A stretch of DNA of 64,000 nt from an uncultured Candidatus Peribacteria bacterium (lineage in GTDB: Bacteria > Patescibacteriota > Gracilibacteria > UBA1369 > LOWO2-01-FULL-3). Position 1 is the stretch's first letter; the number at the start of each line of letters is the position of its first letter. Below the pieces are notes generated by a model. That model was not told where the DNA came from. It did no database searches and worked only from the letters and a program-made list of their open reading frames with translations. Both the position numbers and the translations under genes were made by a program. Below, piece after piece: positions 27,110 through 36,231 of this stretch. Location: contig CAYZOB010000049.1 of NCBI GenBank assembly GCA_964480115.1, positions 23,712 through 87,711 of the forward strand, read 5' to 3'.

Positions 27110-27808
27110 TCATTTCAGGCTTTCCAAACGTGCTTTTAGTAAAAATATCGTATCCGTTCGCAATTTAGCTCTTGCCCAATCCTTTTGCGGTTCGCTAAGC
27201 AGTTCACCCAGACCGTTAAGAATATTTCTGTTACTCATTTTTGCAAGTTGATCCAGGCATTTCTCCAGCAGTTTTTTCATAGACAGTTCGGCTCGCTGCT
27301 TGATAAGATCGGCATTAATTGGCCAATCTTTGTCAAGAAAAAACCACAAATCATAAATATCACGACTTGTTTTTCCAATCCGTTCATTCATTGCCATCAA
27401 CTTGTTTGCAAACATATCCTCCTGAACCATGACCAGCATCGAAACACCAAGATGATTTTTAAGTACATAATTAGAGGTAGACCCATGTTGATTTATCTCA
27501 ATCTTGATCTGTTTTTTTCCGCTCCCATATGAGAGCACGCACAAGAGATTAAACCGCTTATCCGCAATGTCTTTTATTGTTCCATATTCTTTTGCAATTT
27601 GCTCTATTCTTTTGAAAACAACATCTTTTTTTTCAGGATTAAGCAGGTCAAAATCCAGATCGACCGAAAAACGACTCAGATTATAGAATATCATGGCTGC
27701 CGTACCTCCTTTAAAGCCCAAGAAAGGGGCAATCGAAACATCAGAATAGATATCCTTCAGGATACGGAACATTTTATTTTTATGTATCGCGGTATCAAAA
27801 GCCTCCAT
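27110..27808 (-). CDS. abiEii: AbiEii/AbiGii-family nucleotidyltransferase toxin (type IV TA)
   Basis: FKGGTAAMIFYNLSRFSVDLDFDL matches the characteristic GGTAL...RFSxDLDF nucleotidyltransferase motif. Size is 232 aa. It sits 3 nt downstream of the AbiEi-like gene. Confidence 0.8.
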   Translation of the reverse strand: MEAFDTAIHKNKMFRILKDIYSDVSIAPFLGFKGGTAAMIFYNLSRFSVDLDFDLLNPEKKDVVFKRIEQIAKEYGTIKDIADKRFNLLCVLSYGSGKKQIKIEINQHGSTSNYVLKNHLGVSMLVMVQEDMFANKLMAMNERIGKTSRDIYDLWFFLDKDWPINADLIKQRAELSMKKLLEKCLDQLAKMSNRNILNGLGELLSEPQKDWARAKLRTDTIFLLKARLESLK

Positions 27809-27811
27809 GTG

Positions 27812-28423
27812 TTATGCGTTATTTTTTTGATATTCAGAAAGCAATTTCACCCTTTTTTCCATGCGCTTCTTATCATATATCGGCAAAATTTCAAACACCT
27901 TATCCCAATTCAGTGAGTTTAAATTGTCAAAATGATATTCTTTATTGATATAAATTGTGTCTAGAAATGCACGTTCCGGAGTAGCGACAGACGTTTGATC
28001 TTTAAATTCAATACCTGCATTATTTGTTAAAATTGAATCCTTCATTTTTTTGTAAGCATAAATTTGTTCACCTATTACCAATTCCCTGGTCTGATACGAA
28101 GCTAAAAATATTTGGCTGTAAAATTGAAAATTAATACCCGCTTCTATCAGCACGGTTTCAAAACTTATATATGATGGAGTCAAAATTCTGGTTGAAAGCT
28201 CTTGTTTATTATAATTTTTGTCCTTGGCATAAATCCCTCTGCGAATACGATATAGTTCACCAATTTTTACATAATAATTAATTTTACTCACTACTGATTT
28301 CTTATTATCCGAACCCCAGATGAGGCAAACATCTTTAAAAGTAAAAACCGTCTTGTCTGATCTTAGTAACTTGGAAATTGGCTTTCCTGTTTCATTCATA
28401 AGCTGAACATTAGAATAATTCAA
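27812..28423 (-). CDS. abiEi: AbiEi-family antitoxin / transcriptional regulator
   Basis: The size, its position directly upstream of abiEii, and the AbiEi_4-like segment (KIGELYRIRRGIYA) support the call. The ORF-track start at 28423 is TTG; an in-frame ATG lies at 28399. Confidence 0.65.
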   Translation of the reverse strand: MNYSNVQLMNETGKPISKLLRSDKTVFTFKDVCLIWGSDNKKSVVSKINYYVKIGELYRIRRGIYAKDKNYNKQELSTRILTPSYISFETVLIEAGINFQFYSQIFLASYQTRELVIGEQIYAYKKMKDSILTNNAGIEFKDQTSVATPERAFLDTIYINKEYHFDNLNSLNWDKVFEILPIYDKKRMEKRVKLLSEYQKNNA

Positions 28424-28530
28424 ACCTTTAGCTCACTATATGCGATTTGCACTGAATATGCAAGCAGCAGTCTTTTCATACCATGCAGGACTTAGACTAA
28501 TAATACCCATTTATGGCCATTAATGGTTCA

Positions 28531-28573
28531 AATTATTTTATATTCACAATTGACCGTCGACGGTCAATTGAAT
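28531..28573 (-). promoter_or_regulatory. 43-bp repeat copy 1: 24-bp perfect palindrome plus promoter-like hexamers, upstream of abiEi
   Basis: aattattttatattcacaattgaccgtcgacggtcaattgaat. The palindrome CAATTGACCGTCGACGGTCAATTG spans 28547-28570. On the minus strand, TTGACC in the palindrome is followed about 19 nt later by TATAAA. Confidence 0.6.
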
Positions 28574-28663
28574 CACTTCAATCTCTTCAGAGCCGGACGT
28601 CCTAAAATTGACCTCATCTGATCAATAGCTATTTGATTCATTAGCAGGATTATCAGCTTTCTC

Positions 28664-29665
28664 CTATTCCAAAAGCCTCTTAATTTCCTGTTCTAGCTCG
28701 TATTTTTTTGGTAAATACAGCTGATATTTTGAAACAAAAAGCTTGTTAGAAATACCACCAAGGGCATACTGAACAGCAATGTGTTCTTTTTCTGCTGATA
28801 AAATGATGCCAATTGGATCGTTATCATTTTTTGTATTCTCTTCGCTTTTAAAATAGTTTAAATACATATTCATTTGGCCGATATCTCCATGATCAATTTC
28901 ACCAATTTTTAAATCAATGATTACGAAACATTTCAGAATCCTATGGTAAAAAACAAGATCAGCATAAAAATGCCGATTATTAATTGTCATTCGAAATTGT
29001 CTTTGAACGAAAGTAAATCCCTTACCTAATTCCAAAATAAACATCTGTAAATTATCAATTATTTTTTGTTCCAGTTCTTTTTCGGAATATTTATAGTTTT
29101 CAGCAATTCCTAAAAATTCGAGAACATATGGCTCTCTGATGATGTCTTGTGGAATTTCTATGATTTCCCCTTGCTTAGAAAGTCTTAGAACTCCTTTCTT
29201 GTCTTTACTTAAGGCTATCCTTTCAAAAAGCATAGAATTTTTCTGTCTTTTAAGTTCACGAATTGACCACTTCTCCTTGATACACTGTTGCTCATAGAAA
29301 CTACGCGCCAGATCATAATCTACTTTTAAAAGTTCAAAATAGTGACTCCATCCCAACTGGTGAGACACTGTCTCACCAATTGGGTATTTTATATAAAAAA
29401 GGCGCATGTAGGTAAGATTGCTTTTGCTAAACCCCTTTCCGTAGCAAGATAATCCTCTTGATAGCTTATTGAGTATTTTACTGCCATATTCAGAAGTGAA
29501 TTTCCCTTTTTGTTCAAATTTCACGATCCTTTTGCCAATTTCCCAGTAAGTTTGAACTAAAATATGGTTTACAGATTTGTAAGCTTTTTTTTTACCCTCT
29601 TCAAAAATCGACCCGATATCTTGAATCAGGTATTTATAGTCTTTTTGTGAATAAAGTTTTGTCAT
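28664..29665 (-). CDS. DUF1016 / YhcG-type PDDEXK nuclease-domain protein
   Basis: The N-terminal helical region (VNHILVQTYWEIGKRIV ... WSHYFELLKV) and the C-terminal PD-(D/E)xK-like core (FYADLVFYHRILKCFVIIDLKIGEIDHGDIGQMNMYLNYF) are typical of the family. The ORF-track start at 29686 is TTG; the ATG at 29665 is preferred. Confidence 0.8.
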   Translation of the reverse strand: MTKLYSQKDYKYLIQDIGSIFEEGKKKAYKSVNHILVQTYWEIGKRIVKFEQKGKFTSEYGSKILNKLSRGLSCYGKGFSKSNLTYMRLFYIKYPIGETVSHQLGWSHYFELLKVDYDLARSFYEQQCIKEKWSIRELKRQKNSMLFERIALSKDKKGVLRLSKQGEIIEIPQDIIREPYVLEFLGIAENYKYSEKELEQKIIDNLQMFILELGKGFTFVQRQFRMTINNRHFYADLVFYHRILKCFVIIDLKIGEIDHGDIGQMNMYLNYFKSEENTKNDNDPIGIILSAEKEHIAVQYALGGISNKLFVSKYQLYLPKKYELEQEIKRLLE

Positions 29666-29762
29666 TGCAATCTGTATAGCAGACAAATCTAAAATTTTCT
29701 TAAAATAAATCTAAAATTTTTCTAAAATTCTTAAAACCCAGGCTCTCCTGCATGAAAACATG

Positions 29763-29805
29763 AATTATTTTATATTTACAATTGACCGTCGACGGTCAAT
29801 TGAAT
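29763..29805 (-). promoter_or_regulatory. 43-bp repeat copy 2 (1 mismatch), upstream of the YhcG-type nuclease gene
   Basis: aattattttatatttacaattgaccgtcgacggtcaattgaat. The identical 24-bp palindrome spans 29779-29802. Confidence 0.6.
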
Positions 29806-29904
29806 TGGAAATTCACGCCCACACAATTTCGCATATTAAGCCTAGCGTAAGCACCAAAATTAGAAGCACCCCACCCATCCCGGCAGAGATTAAATTGATC
29901 TCAC

Positions 29905-29959
29905 AAAAAAGCCCGACCTCATCCCTGCTCCGGCAACTGCCGGGTAGACTGATCGGGCT
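29905..29959 (-). terminator. intrinsic terminator candidate after the pilin gene
   Basis: The minus strand reads AGCCCGA ... (inner hairpin CCGGCAgtTGCCGG) ... TCGGGC followed by TTTTTTGTG, starting 17 nt after the pilin stop. Confidence 0.55.
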
Positions 29960-29975
29960 ATGAAAACAAAATTTA

Positions 29976-30521
29976 TTACTGCACGTTAACAAGCAAGCAA
30001 TAAGCTGGCCCATCAGCAGCAGGAACAGCTCCTGGAGTCAGGGCGGGAACCGCAGATGCTTTGACATTCTTACACCCTATATTCGCATTATCTATACTTT
30101 CAACAGCTGCAAACACTGCCGCCGTAAATTTCAGTCCTGCCGCGTATTTAACATATCCATATTGACCTGTACATGAGGGGTTGCTGCCTGTTGTCACATT
30201 AGCTGTCTTTGGATCTACCGGAAAAGTTCCACCAAAATCAGAAACGTTTGTACTAATTAAATTGCCAATAGTACCAGCTGCACCAGTAGAATCAATACAC
30301 GTAATCGTACTCACACCTCCGGGCAAACTAACTCCTGTCAATGATTTATTTAACAAAAATCCGGTAATCTTATTTACTTGAGCCACCCTTTGCGTATCCC
30401 TGGCTTTCTGAGGCGCACCAAGCAGGCTTGGCAAGAACGCCACGGCCAATACCGCGATAATAGCGATTACAATTAATAACTCGATCAGGGTGAAACCCTT
30501 TTTAGCATTCAGACTTTTCAT
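29976..30521 (-). CDS. type IV pilin (prepilin with N-terminal methylation motif)
   Basis: MKSLNAKKGFTLIELLIVIAIIAVLAVAF is a classic G/FTLIEL class III signal with a hydrophobic alpha1 helix. The globular part has four Cys. The ORF extension to 30713 has no support. Confidence 0.9.
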   Translation of the reverse strand: MKSLNAKKGFTLIELLIVIAIIAVLAVAFLPSLLGAPQKARDTQRVAQVNKITGFLLNKSLTGVSLPGGVSTITCIDSTGAAGTIGNLISTNVSDFGGTFPVDPKTANVTTGSNPSCTGQYGYVKYAAGLKFTAAVFAAVESIDNANIGCKNVKASAVPALTPGAVPAADGPAYCLLVNVQ

Positions 30522-30755
30522 AGAAAAAAATTTAAGGAAATTACTATCGACAATATTACCCCTGATCAAAAAAAAGACAAGCGATTTTAGAAATTTGTAC
30601 CACATCCTGCCATGGCTTGACACTGATATTTTGCTTCCAGATTGCCGATTTTTCCACCGGCGCCAAAAGAGTTTTTTGCAAAGGTAATGCTGAGGCATCA
30701 TGAACACGTCCAAATTTCACATTCAATGGCAAATTTGGACGCATCACAACACCAC

Positions 30756-32009
30756 CTACAAGTTCGAACTCAAACTCGTCAGCTTCATGATCGGCAGCAT
30801 CACGGCCGCCACCACCGTGCCTACGGTCATACCGATCACGATCAGGATAATAGGTTCAATAATCTTGGAAATTCCGGATACCGCCGTGTCCACTTCATCC
30901 TCGTAAAACTTGGCCACCTTCGCTGTAATCTCGTCCAGTTGCGCCGTTTTTTCACCCACATCGATCATATTCACCAGCATCGGTGGAAAAAGATCACTGC
31001 CACTCAGGTTTTCCGCCAGGGGAATACCCTGCTTGATGTCCTCAGAGGAGGATAAAAGTCTCTTTTTATAGACCTCGTTGCCGATTGAATTCGCCGTAAT
31101 TTCCAGCGTCCTTACTATCGACACATTACTATCCAATAAATTACTTAACGATCTTGCAAATCTGGCCAGATAAGCTTCTTTAAACAAATTACCGAATACC
31201 GGTAGTCTCAATTTCAAATTATCCAAAGCGTATTTTCCCATTTCGGTCTTTTTGAAAAATGAAAAGAAAATGAAAATTGCCACCACGCCCAATAAAAGCA
31301 AAAATCCATGATTGATCATAAAATTACTGATTCCCACTACGATCTTAGTCACCAAAGGTAAATCTCCTTTCGCCGCCGCAAATAATTCCGTCAACTTTGG
31401 AATTACGAAAATCATCAGGCCGCTCACTACCAAAATCAGCAAAACAAAAATTACCACCGGATACATCAGCGCGCTTTTTACCTTCGCAGTAATGGCATAA
31501 GCTTTCTCGGCATCCAGAGCCAGATTTTCCAATACTCTGCTCAGCTGTCCGGAAGCTTCGCCGGATTCCACCATGCCGATTTCCGGCTCCGTAAAAACTT
31601 TTTTGTAATCAGACATGGACACCGATAAGCTACTGCCGGACTCGATTTTTTTGGCCAAATCCACCACGACCATCTTCAGGCGCGGACTGTTTTCCATCTG
31701 CTGTGCCAGAGATTTTAGCGACATTACCATCGGAATTCCCGAATTGATCATCACCGATAAAAGATGCAAAAAAGTCGCTTTATCCTTCACTTTTACTCCC
31801 GATTGAGAGAGAAAGTAATTATTGACCTTCTTGTACCAATTCACGAGCATATTTCCGCTCACCACCCTCTCATCCAGACCGCTTTTATCCAGAATCACCG
31901 CCGCCTTTTCTTCCTGAATATTGAGCACGACATGTTCATTGGACAATTTCTGTCCATCGAGCTGAAAGGCCTCGGTCCCCATTGTGGCAAAATCTTTTTC
32001 GTTTGGCAT
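30756..32009 (-). CDS. pilC: type IV pilus platform protein PilC (GspF family)
   Basis: Two GspF-type repeats with three TM segments, about 400 aa, adjacent to the GspE-family ATPase. Confidence 0.85.
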   Translation of the reverse strand: MPNEKDFATMGTEAFQLDGQKLSNEHVVLNIQEEKAAVILDKSGLDERVVSGNMLVNWYKKVNNYFLSQSGVKVKDKATFLHLLSVMINSGIPMVMSLKSLAQQMENSPRLKMVVVDLAKKIESGSSLSVSMSDYKKVFTEPEIGMVESGEASGQLSRVLENLALDAEKAYAITAKVKSALMYPVVIFVLLILVVSGLMIFVIPKLTELFAAAKGDLPLVTKIVVGISNFMINHGFLLLLGVVAIFIFFSFFKKTEMGKYALDNLKLRLPVFGNLFKEAYLARFARSLSNLLDSNVSIVRTLEITANSIGNEVYKKRLLSSSEDIKQGIPLAENLSGSDLFPPMLVNMIDVGEKTAQLDEITAKVAKFYEDEVDTAVSGISKIIEPIILIVIGMTVGTVVAAVMLPIMKLTSLSSNL

Positions 32010-32029
32010 ATTGATTTAAAACAATTTTT

Positions 32030-33271
32030 TTAAGATTTACGCGCTACACGGTATACCTCATCCAGAGTGGTAACGCCCTGTAAAGCTTTGATAATTCCGG
32101 CTTGCTCCAGCGTCACCATGCCATTTTTCAAAGCGGCTTCTTCAATATCCAGCATGCTGGCGCTGCTGCCGACTAATTTCCTTAATTCATTATTCATCCG
32201 AAATACTTCGTACAAGCCCACGCGACCGAGATATCCCACATTGCCACATTCCACGCAGCCTACGGCTTGATAGAATTGCATTCCTGTCAATAAAGCCGGA
32301 TCTATTTCTCCCTCGGTATGCAGCCTGGACATTGCTCTCTTCACCAATTCCAAAAGTTCCGGTGAAGTTTCTACCTGTTTTTTACATTTTTCACATACTT
32401 TTCTCACCAACCTCTGAGCGATGATTAGTTCAAGCGTGGAATTTAATAAATAAGGCTCAATGCCCATGTTTATCAGACGGGTGATCGATTCCACGGCACT
32501 ATTCGTATGCAGAGTGGAGAAAACCAGATGTCCCGTAAGTGAAGCCTCAATAGCGGTATTGGCCGTTTCTTTGTCACGAATTTCTCCCACCATTATGATG
32601 TTTGGATCCTGACGTAGCGCCGTCCTCATGCCGGAAGCAAAATCATAATTAATGTCGTGATGAACCTGGCTTTGATTCAGTCCGTCCAGCTGGATTTCCA
32701 CCGGATCCTCAATTGTAAGAATATTTACATCCATCGTATTTAATCTGGTCAGGCAGGAATACAGTGTAGTCGTCTTACCTGAACCTGTCGGACCGGTATT
32801 GATGAGAATTCCATTTGGAGATTTCATCGCCGCTTCCAGATTTCTCAAGGAAGCGCCGGAAATTCCCAATTCCATCAAATCCGGAATTTTTCTGGATTTA
32901 TCCTGAATACGCATAACAATCTTTTCCCCATTTACCGTAGGCAATGTGGAGACACGCAGATCCATCCCGCGACCATCCTTCGTCGTCACATCCGCTCTAC
33001 CGTCTTGTGGTAATCTTTGTTCATCAATCTTTAAATTCGACATGATTTTCAATCTCGAAACCACCGCCGGATGCAGATTTGTGGGATATTCAACGATTTT
33101 TCGCAAAACACCATCCACGCGATAACGGATTCTCACATAGTGCTGCAAGGGTTCAATATGAATATCACTTGAACGCAGATCCAAAGCATAGCTGATAGCG
33201 ACGAGTACCATTTGCGGAATATTCGCGGCCAGAATGCTGTCCTCCAGTTGTTTTTGTTTTTCTTCGTTCAT
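32030..33271 (-). CDS. pilB: type IV pilus assembly ATPase (GspE/PilB family)
   Basis: Walker A GPTGSGKTT, Asp box and His box. The tetracysteine motif (CEKCKK ... CVECGNVGY) is typical of PilB/GspE rather than PilT. The N-terminal region is short. Confidence 0.85.
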   Translation of the reverse strand: MNEEKQKQLEDSILAANIPQMVLVAISYALDLRSSDIHIEPLQHYVRIRYRVDGVLRKIVEYPTNLHPAVVSRLKIMSNLKIDEQRLPQDGRADVTTKDGRGMDLRVSTLPTVNGEKIVMRIQDKSRKIPDLMELGISGASLRNLEAAMKSPNGILINTGPTGSGKTTTLYSCLTRLNTMDVNILTIEDPVEIQLDGLNQSQVHHDINYDFASGMRTALRQDPNIIMVGEIRDKETANTAIEASLTGHLVFSTLHTNSAVESITRLINMGIEPYLLNSTLELIIAQRLVRKVCEKCKKQVETSPELLELVKRAMSRLHTEGEIDPALLTGMQFYQAVGCVECGNVGYLGRVGLYEVFRMNNELRKLVGSSASMLDIEEAALKNGMVTLEQAGIIKALQGVTTLDEVYRVARKS

Positions 33272-33889
33272 TTATTTTTGAAAATAAGCGTTTATCTGCA
33301 CCGAGAAACTGATGATGTCTGAAGCACCCTCCCCATCACTGTTATTCTGAAAATTTAATCTTACCGAAGACATATCCATCAGGCGCACATTGTCTTTCAG
33401 GCTTCCGGAACTCTCCACCATGTGCATGAATTTAGTGAAATTTTCTTTGGAACTGCGAATACTCATTCTCAAAGGTAAAATTGCATATGTTTCAGCCTGA
33501 ATTGGCGTCTGGTAGTCAATATTGGCGATTTCAAAAGGATTGCTTTTTGTGGAAAGCTGTACTTCGTAAGCATCAATTTGTCTTGTAAGATTAGTGTAGT
33601 CATCCGTTGCCGGAAAAATTACTTTAAGTTTTTGCTCAACTTCTTTATTTAATTGGTTGGCGGCGAGTTTCTTATCCTCAAGTTCGATTTTTTCTTTGCT
33701 CACATCTCTGCGCAAATCAGCAATAAAGGCTTTGTTCTGAGCCACACCCTGAATAGCCATCCGGTATTGATTCCATTTGTTAAATATGTAAAAACCCGCA
33801 GACAAAAGCAAAATAAGACATAGCACCGCATAGATACGCACATGCAATTTCTGTAATCTTTCCTCTTCCTGATAATTGTGATCTGCCAT
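33272..33889 (-). CDS. PilO-like bitopic pilus-alignment protein (putative)
   Basis: The architecture is a short cytoplasmic N-terminus, one TM, a coiled coil and then an alpha/beta C-domain. It abuts pilB with a 0-nt gap. Confidence 0.45.
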   Translation of the reverse strand: MADHNYQEEERLQKLHVRIYAVLCLILLLSAGFYIFNKWNQYRMAIQGVAQNKAFIADLRRDVSKEKIELEDKKLAANQLNKEVEQKLKVIFPATDDYTNLTRQIDAYEVQLSTKSNPFEIANIDYQTPIQAETYAILPLRMSIRSSKENFTKFMHMVESSGSLKDNVRLMDMSSVRLNFQNNSDGEGASDIISFSVQINAYFQK

Positions 33890-33891
33890 TT

Positions 33892-35154
33892 TTATGGTGT
33901 TTTAGGTAAGTTCGGATTATTTTTGAGATCCAAAGCCAGGCGCAAAGTGGCCAAATAACCTTCTTCAATCGAACCGGATTTACTGAAGGAGCGCATTTCT
34001 CCATTGGCAAATACCTTCGATTGATTTAGTTCCTCTATGAGATTGGCAATCATCGTAAAATTGGTAGGATCCAGACTCTTCGTTTCCCCCGCTATCGAAA
34101 TTTTCCCGGTGGAGCTGTCGAAGTCATAACTGTTGTATCTGATTCCACCAACGGAATTATAAAAATTTTCATTGAAATTCTTATCTACCGCTGCTGTCCT
34201 CAAATCAATTTCTTTGATCACATCCGACCATTTTATCCTTTTAGCTTTAATCGCCTGCATTGCTGTAGCGTCATTCACGGTCAGCGCATTGATTTTATTG
34301 ATTGATTTGTACAAATCTTCATCTTTCAAAGCATCAAAGTCCGTTTGAATCAGTAAATTTTTCAATTCCGCATTATTTATCAGCTTTAAAGTCTGCTGAT
34401 AATTCCGCAAATCCCTTTTTGTTGATTCCGCGGTGCCTTTTGATAAATTTTGTAATTTATCATTAATCAGAGCTCTCAATTTTTCCTCATAGAGTGTCTG
34501 TAATTGAGAATCCGTGGCGAAATTTTTATCAACCAGAAAAGTCGTAAAATTCTTTGAAATTTTATCTCTGGCAGCCAGAAAAGGCTCTTTTAAACCGCTT
34601 CTTATCTCAACCATAGCTTCCACCGCATTCCGCTTTTCCTCATCTGGAATAGTGGTACTGATTGAATTTTCATATTCCCTGATAAATTGATCACTGTCGT
34701 AGCTGAATTTATCCAGAGCAATTTTGATTTCCTGGATAAGTTCGAAATTCAAATCTGTCTGTAGCGCAATAATTTCAGCATTGGTAGAGGCCAGATCGGC
34801 CGAAACATTCGGTAGCTTGAATTTAGCGGTAATAAAGTCGAATTTATTTGTAAATTGTGAGGTGAAAAAGGCCAGAGCCAGGAGACTCACACAAATTAGA
34901 GCTCCAAAAAGTATCTTGAGTACTACCAAGCGAATACTTTTAGCCGGTCCCATGGCTTCCAGCAGGGACATGTCTAATTCCGGCGCTTCACCAAGAATAG
35001 CCTTTTCTTTTTCACCGGTTTCCAGCGCAACGATGTTTTTTAACAGATCAGATCCCATCGGCCTGGCAGCCATTGGATCCATTGCCGTCGCCGGGGCGGA
35101 GTTACGCAGGGAGTCTGCGGCCGGATTACTTATTGGCATAGCTTGATCAGACAT
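33892..35154 (-). CDS. bitopic membrane protein, possible PilN/PilM-substitute of the pilus operon
   Basis: About 85-aa cytoplasmic N-terminus, TM (IRLVVLKILFGALICVSLLALAFF) and a long helical ectodomain. It is the first gene of the pilus operon. No actin-like PilM motifs were seen. Confidence 0.35.
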   Translation of the reverse strand: MSDQAMPISNPAADSLRNSAPATAMDPMAARPMGSDLLKNIVALETGEKEKAILGEAPELDMSLLEAMGPAKSIRLVVLKILFGALICVSLLALAFFTSQFTNKFDFITAKFKLPNVSADLASTNAEIIALQTDLNFELIQEIKIALDKFSYDSDQFIREYENSISTTIPDEEKRNAVEAMVEIRSGLKEPFLAARDKISKNFTTFLVDKNFATDSQLQTLYEEKLRALINDKLQNLSKGTAESTKRDLRNYQQTLKLINNAELKNLLIQTDFDALKDEDLYKSINKINALTVNDATAMQAIKAKRIKWSDVIKEIDLRTAAVDKNFNENFYNSVGGIRYNSYDFDSSTGKISIAGETKSLDPTNFTMIANLIEELNQSKVFANGEMRSFSKSGSIEEGYLATLRLALDLKNNPNLPKTP

Positions 35155-35176
35155 ATTTGTGTTTTTATATCTGATT

Positions 35177-35205
35177 AGTATACCAAATTTTGACTGTTTA
35201 GTAAA
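35177..35205 (-). promoter_or_regulatory. promoter candidate for the pilus operon
   Basis: The minus strand reads TTTACT, 17-nt spacer, (TGg)TATACT with an extended -10, about 22 nt before the ATG at 35154. Coordinates are +/-2 nt. Confidence 0.5.
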
Positions 35206-35216
35206 TGCTCAGGCTC

Positions 35217-35246
35217 AAAAAAAGACACCCCCTGAGATCAGAGAGT
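35217..35246 (-). terminator. intrinsic terminator after rplL
   Basis: The minus strand reads CACTCTCTGAtcTCAGGGGGTG (10-bp stem including 2 G-U pairs) followed by TCTTTTTTT. Coordinates are +/-2 nt. Confidence 0.7.
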
Positions 35247-35268
35247 GCCTTTTAAGATATTTCTTGCA

Positions 35269-35673
35269 TTATTTCAATTCAACCGTAGCTCCAGCTTCTT
35301 CCAGTTTTTTCTTCCATTCCTCAGCCTGAGCCTTGTCCAGACCTTCCTTAAGTGGCTTTGGAGCTCCATCAACCATGGCTTTAGCCTCAACAAGTCCAAG
35401 ACCTGTTAATTCACGAACCACCTTGATCACGGCAATTTTTTGACCTCCGCCACCGGCTAGAATTACGGTCTTTTTACCGCTATCTTCTTCAGCCGGAGCA
35501 GCAGCTCCTCCCGCAGGCGCGCCCATCATTACAGGAGCAGCGGCGGAAACACCAAACTTGTCTTCCAAAGCCTTAACCAAGGAAGCTAGTTCAAGTACCG
35601 GTAGTTTTTCTACTAATTCTAGAATTTTTTCAGCATCTTTGCTGAGTTCTGCTGTCTTTGCTTCATCTGACAT
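35269..35673 (-). CDS. rplL: 50S ribosomal protein L7/L12
   Basis: Ala/Gly-rich hinge and a conserved C-terminal domain ending ...[11 protein letters not shown]. Confidence 0.97.
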   Translation of the reverse strand: MSDEAKTAELSKDAEKILELVEKLPVLELASLVKALEDKFGVSAAAPVMMGAPAGGAAAPAEEDSGKKTVILAGGGGQKIAVIKVVRELTGLGLVEAKAMVDGAPKPLKEGLDKAQAEEWKKKLEEAGATVELK

Positions 35674-35703
35674 AATTTTTTAGGTTAAATAATTGATAAT
35701 TTT

Positions 35704-36231
35704 TTAAGCTGTTTTTTTGTCCTTAATCGCACCCAGTACGCGAACGAATCCACCAATAGTATTTTGTAATACATCATGGAATCCTTGAATTGGGTATTTG
35801 ACCAAGTACACGAATTTGCCGAGTAATTCTTTCTTGCTTGGCAATGTTGCTAAATGCTTGGTTTCAGCAATAGTTAAAACTTTTCCCCCAAAAAGTGCAC
35901 CGCGCAATTTCAGATTTTCATGTTTTTTGGAGAATTGATGAATTATCCTGGCTGCGGCTACCTCATCTTCCATACTGAAAGCGGCGCCTACAGGCCCCTG
36001 AATAATCTCATCCGGAATTTCCGCGTAACCCGAATCCTTAGCGGCGATCTTCATCAGAGTTTTCTTTGCAATGTCGAATTTGACGCCTTCCAGACGCATC
36101 AGTTTGCGTAAAGCGTCCAAATCTTTCACCGATACACCTTGATAATCTGCAAAAACCACGGATTTGGCAGCCTGCATTTTTTCCGTAAGCTTCTTCAGGA
36201 TTTCTCCCTTTTGTGCTTTTGTGAATGGCAT
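35704..36231 (-). CDS. rplJ: 50S ribosomal protein L10
   Basis: The position upstream of rplL, the size (175 aa) and an L10-type N-terminal region (VVFADYQGVSVKDLDALRKLMR) support the call. Confidence 0.9.
   Translation of the reverse strand: MPFTKAQKGEILKKLTEKMQAAKSVVFADYQGVSVKDLDALRKLMRLEGVKFDIAKKTLMKIAAKDSGYAEIPDEIIQGPVGAAFSMEDEVAAARIIHQFSKKHENLKLRGALFGGKVLTIAETKHLATLPSKKELLGKFVYLVKYPIQGFHDVLQNTIGGFVRVLGAIKDKKTA

Noticed and set aside
28531-29805. The two palindromic 43-bp repeats as a possible CRISPR array or MITE.
   Set aside because: There are only two copies, they are separated by 1.2 kb containing a full gene, and no spacer-like periodicity exists, so this is not CRISPR. I saw no target-site duplication or terminal inverted-repeat structure beyond the internal palindrome. 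The cassette-end interpretation is kept only as an alternative in the finding.
29760-30013. ORFs 29760-29963 (plus strand) and 29813-30013 (minus strand).
   Set aside because: They span the palindromic repeat and the pilin terminator hairpin. They have odd composition and no family resemblance, so they are most likely noncoding.
30522-30713. N-terminal extension of the pilin ORF (64 extra codons).
   Set aside because: The prepilin leader must be short and directly precede G-FTLIEL. The internal ATG at 30521 gives the canonical MKSLNAKKG/FTLIELL leader.
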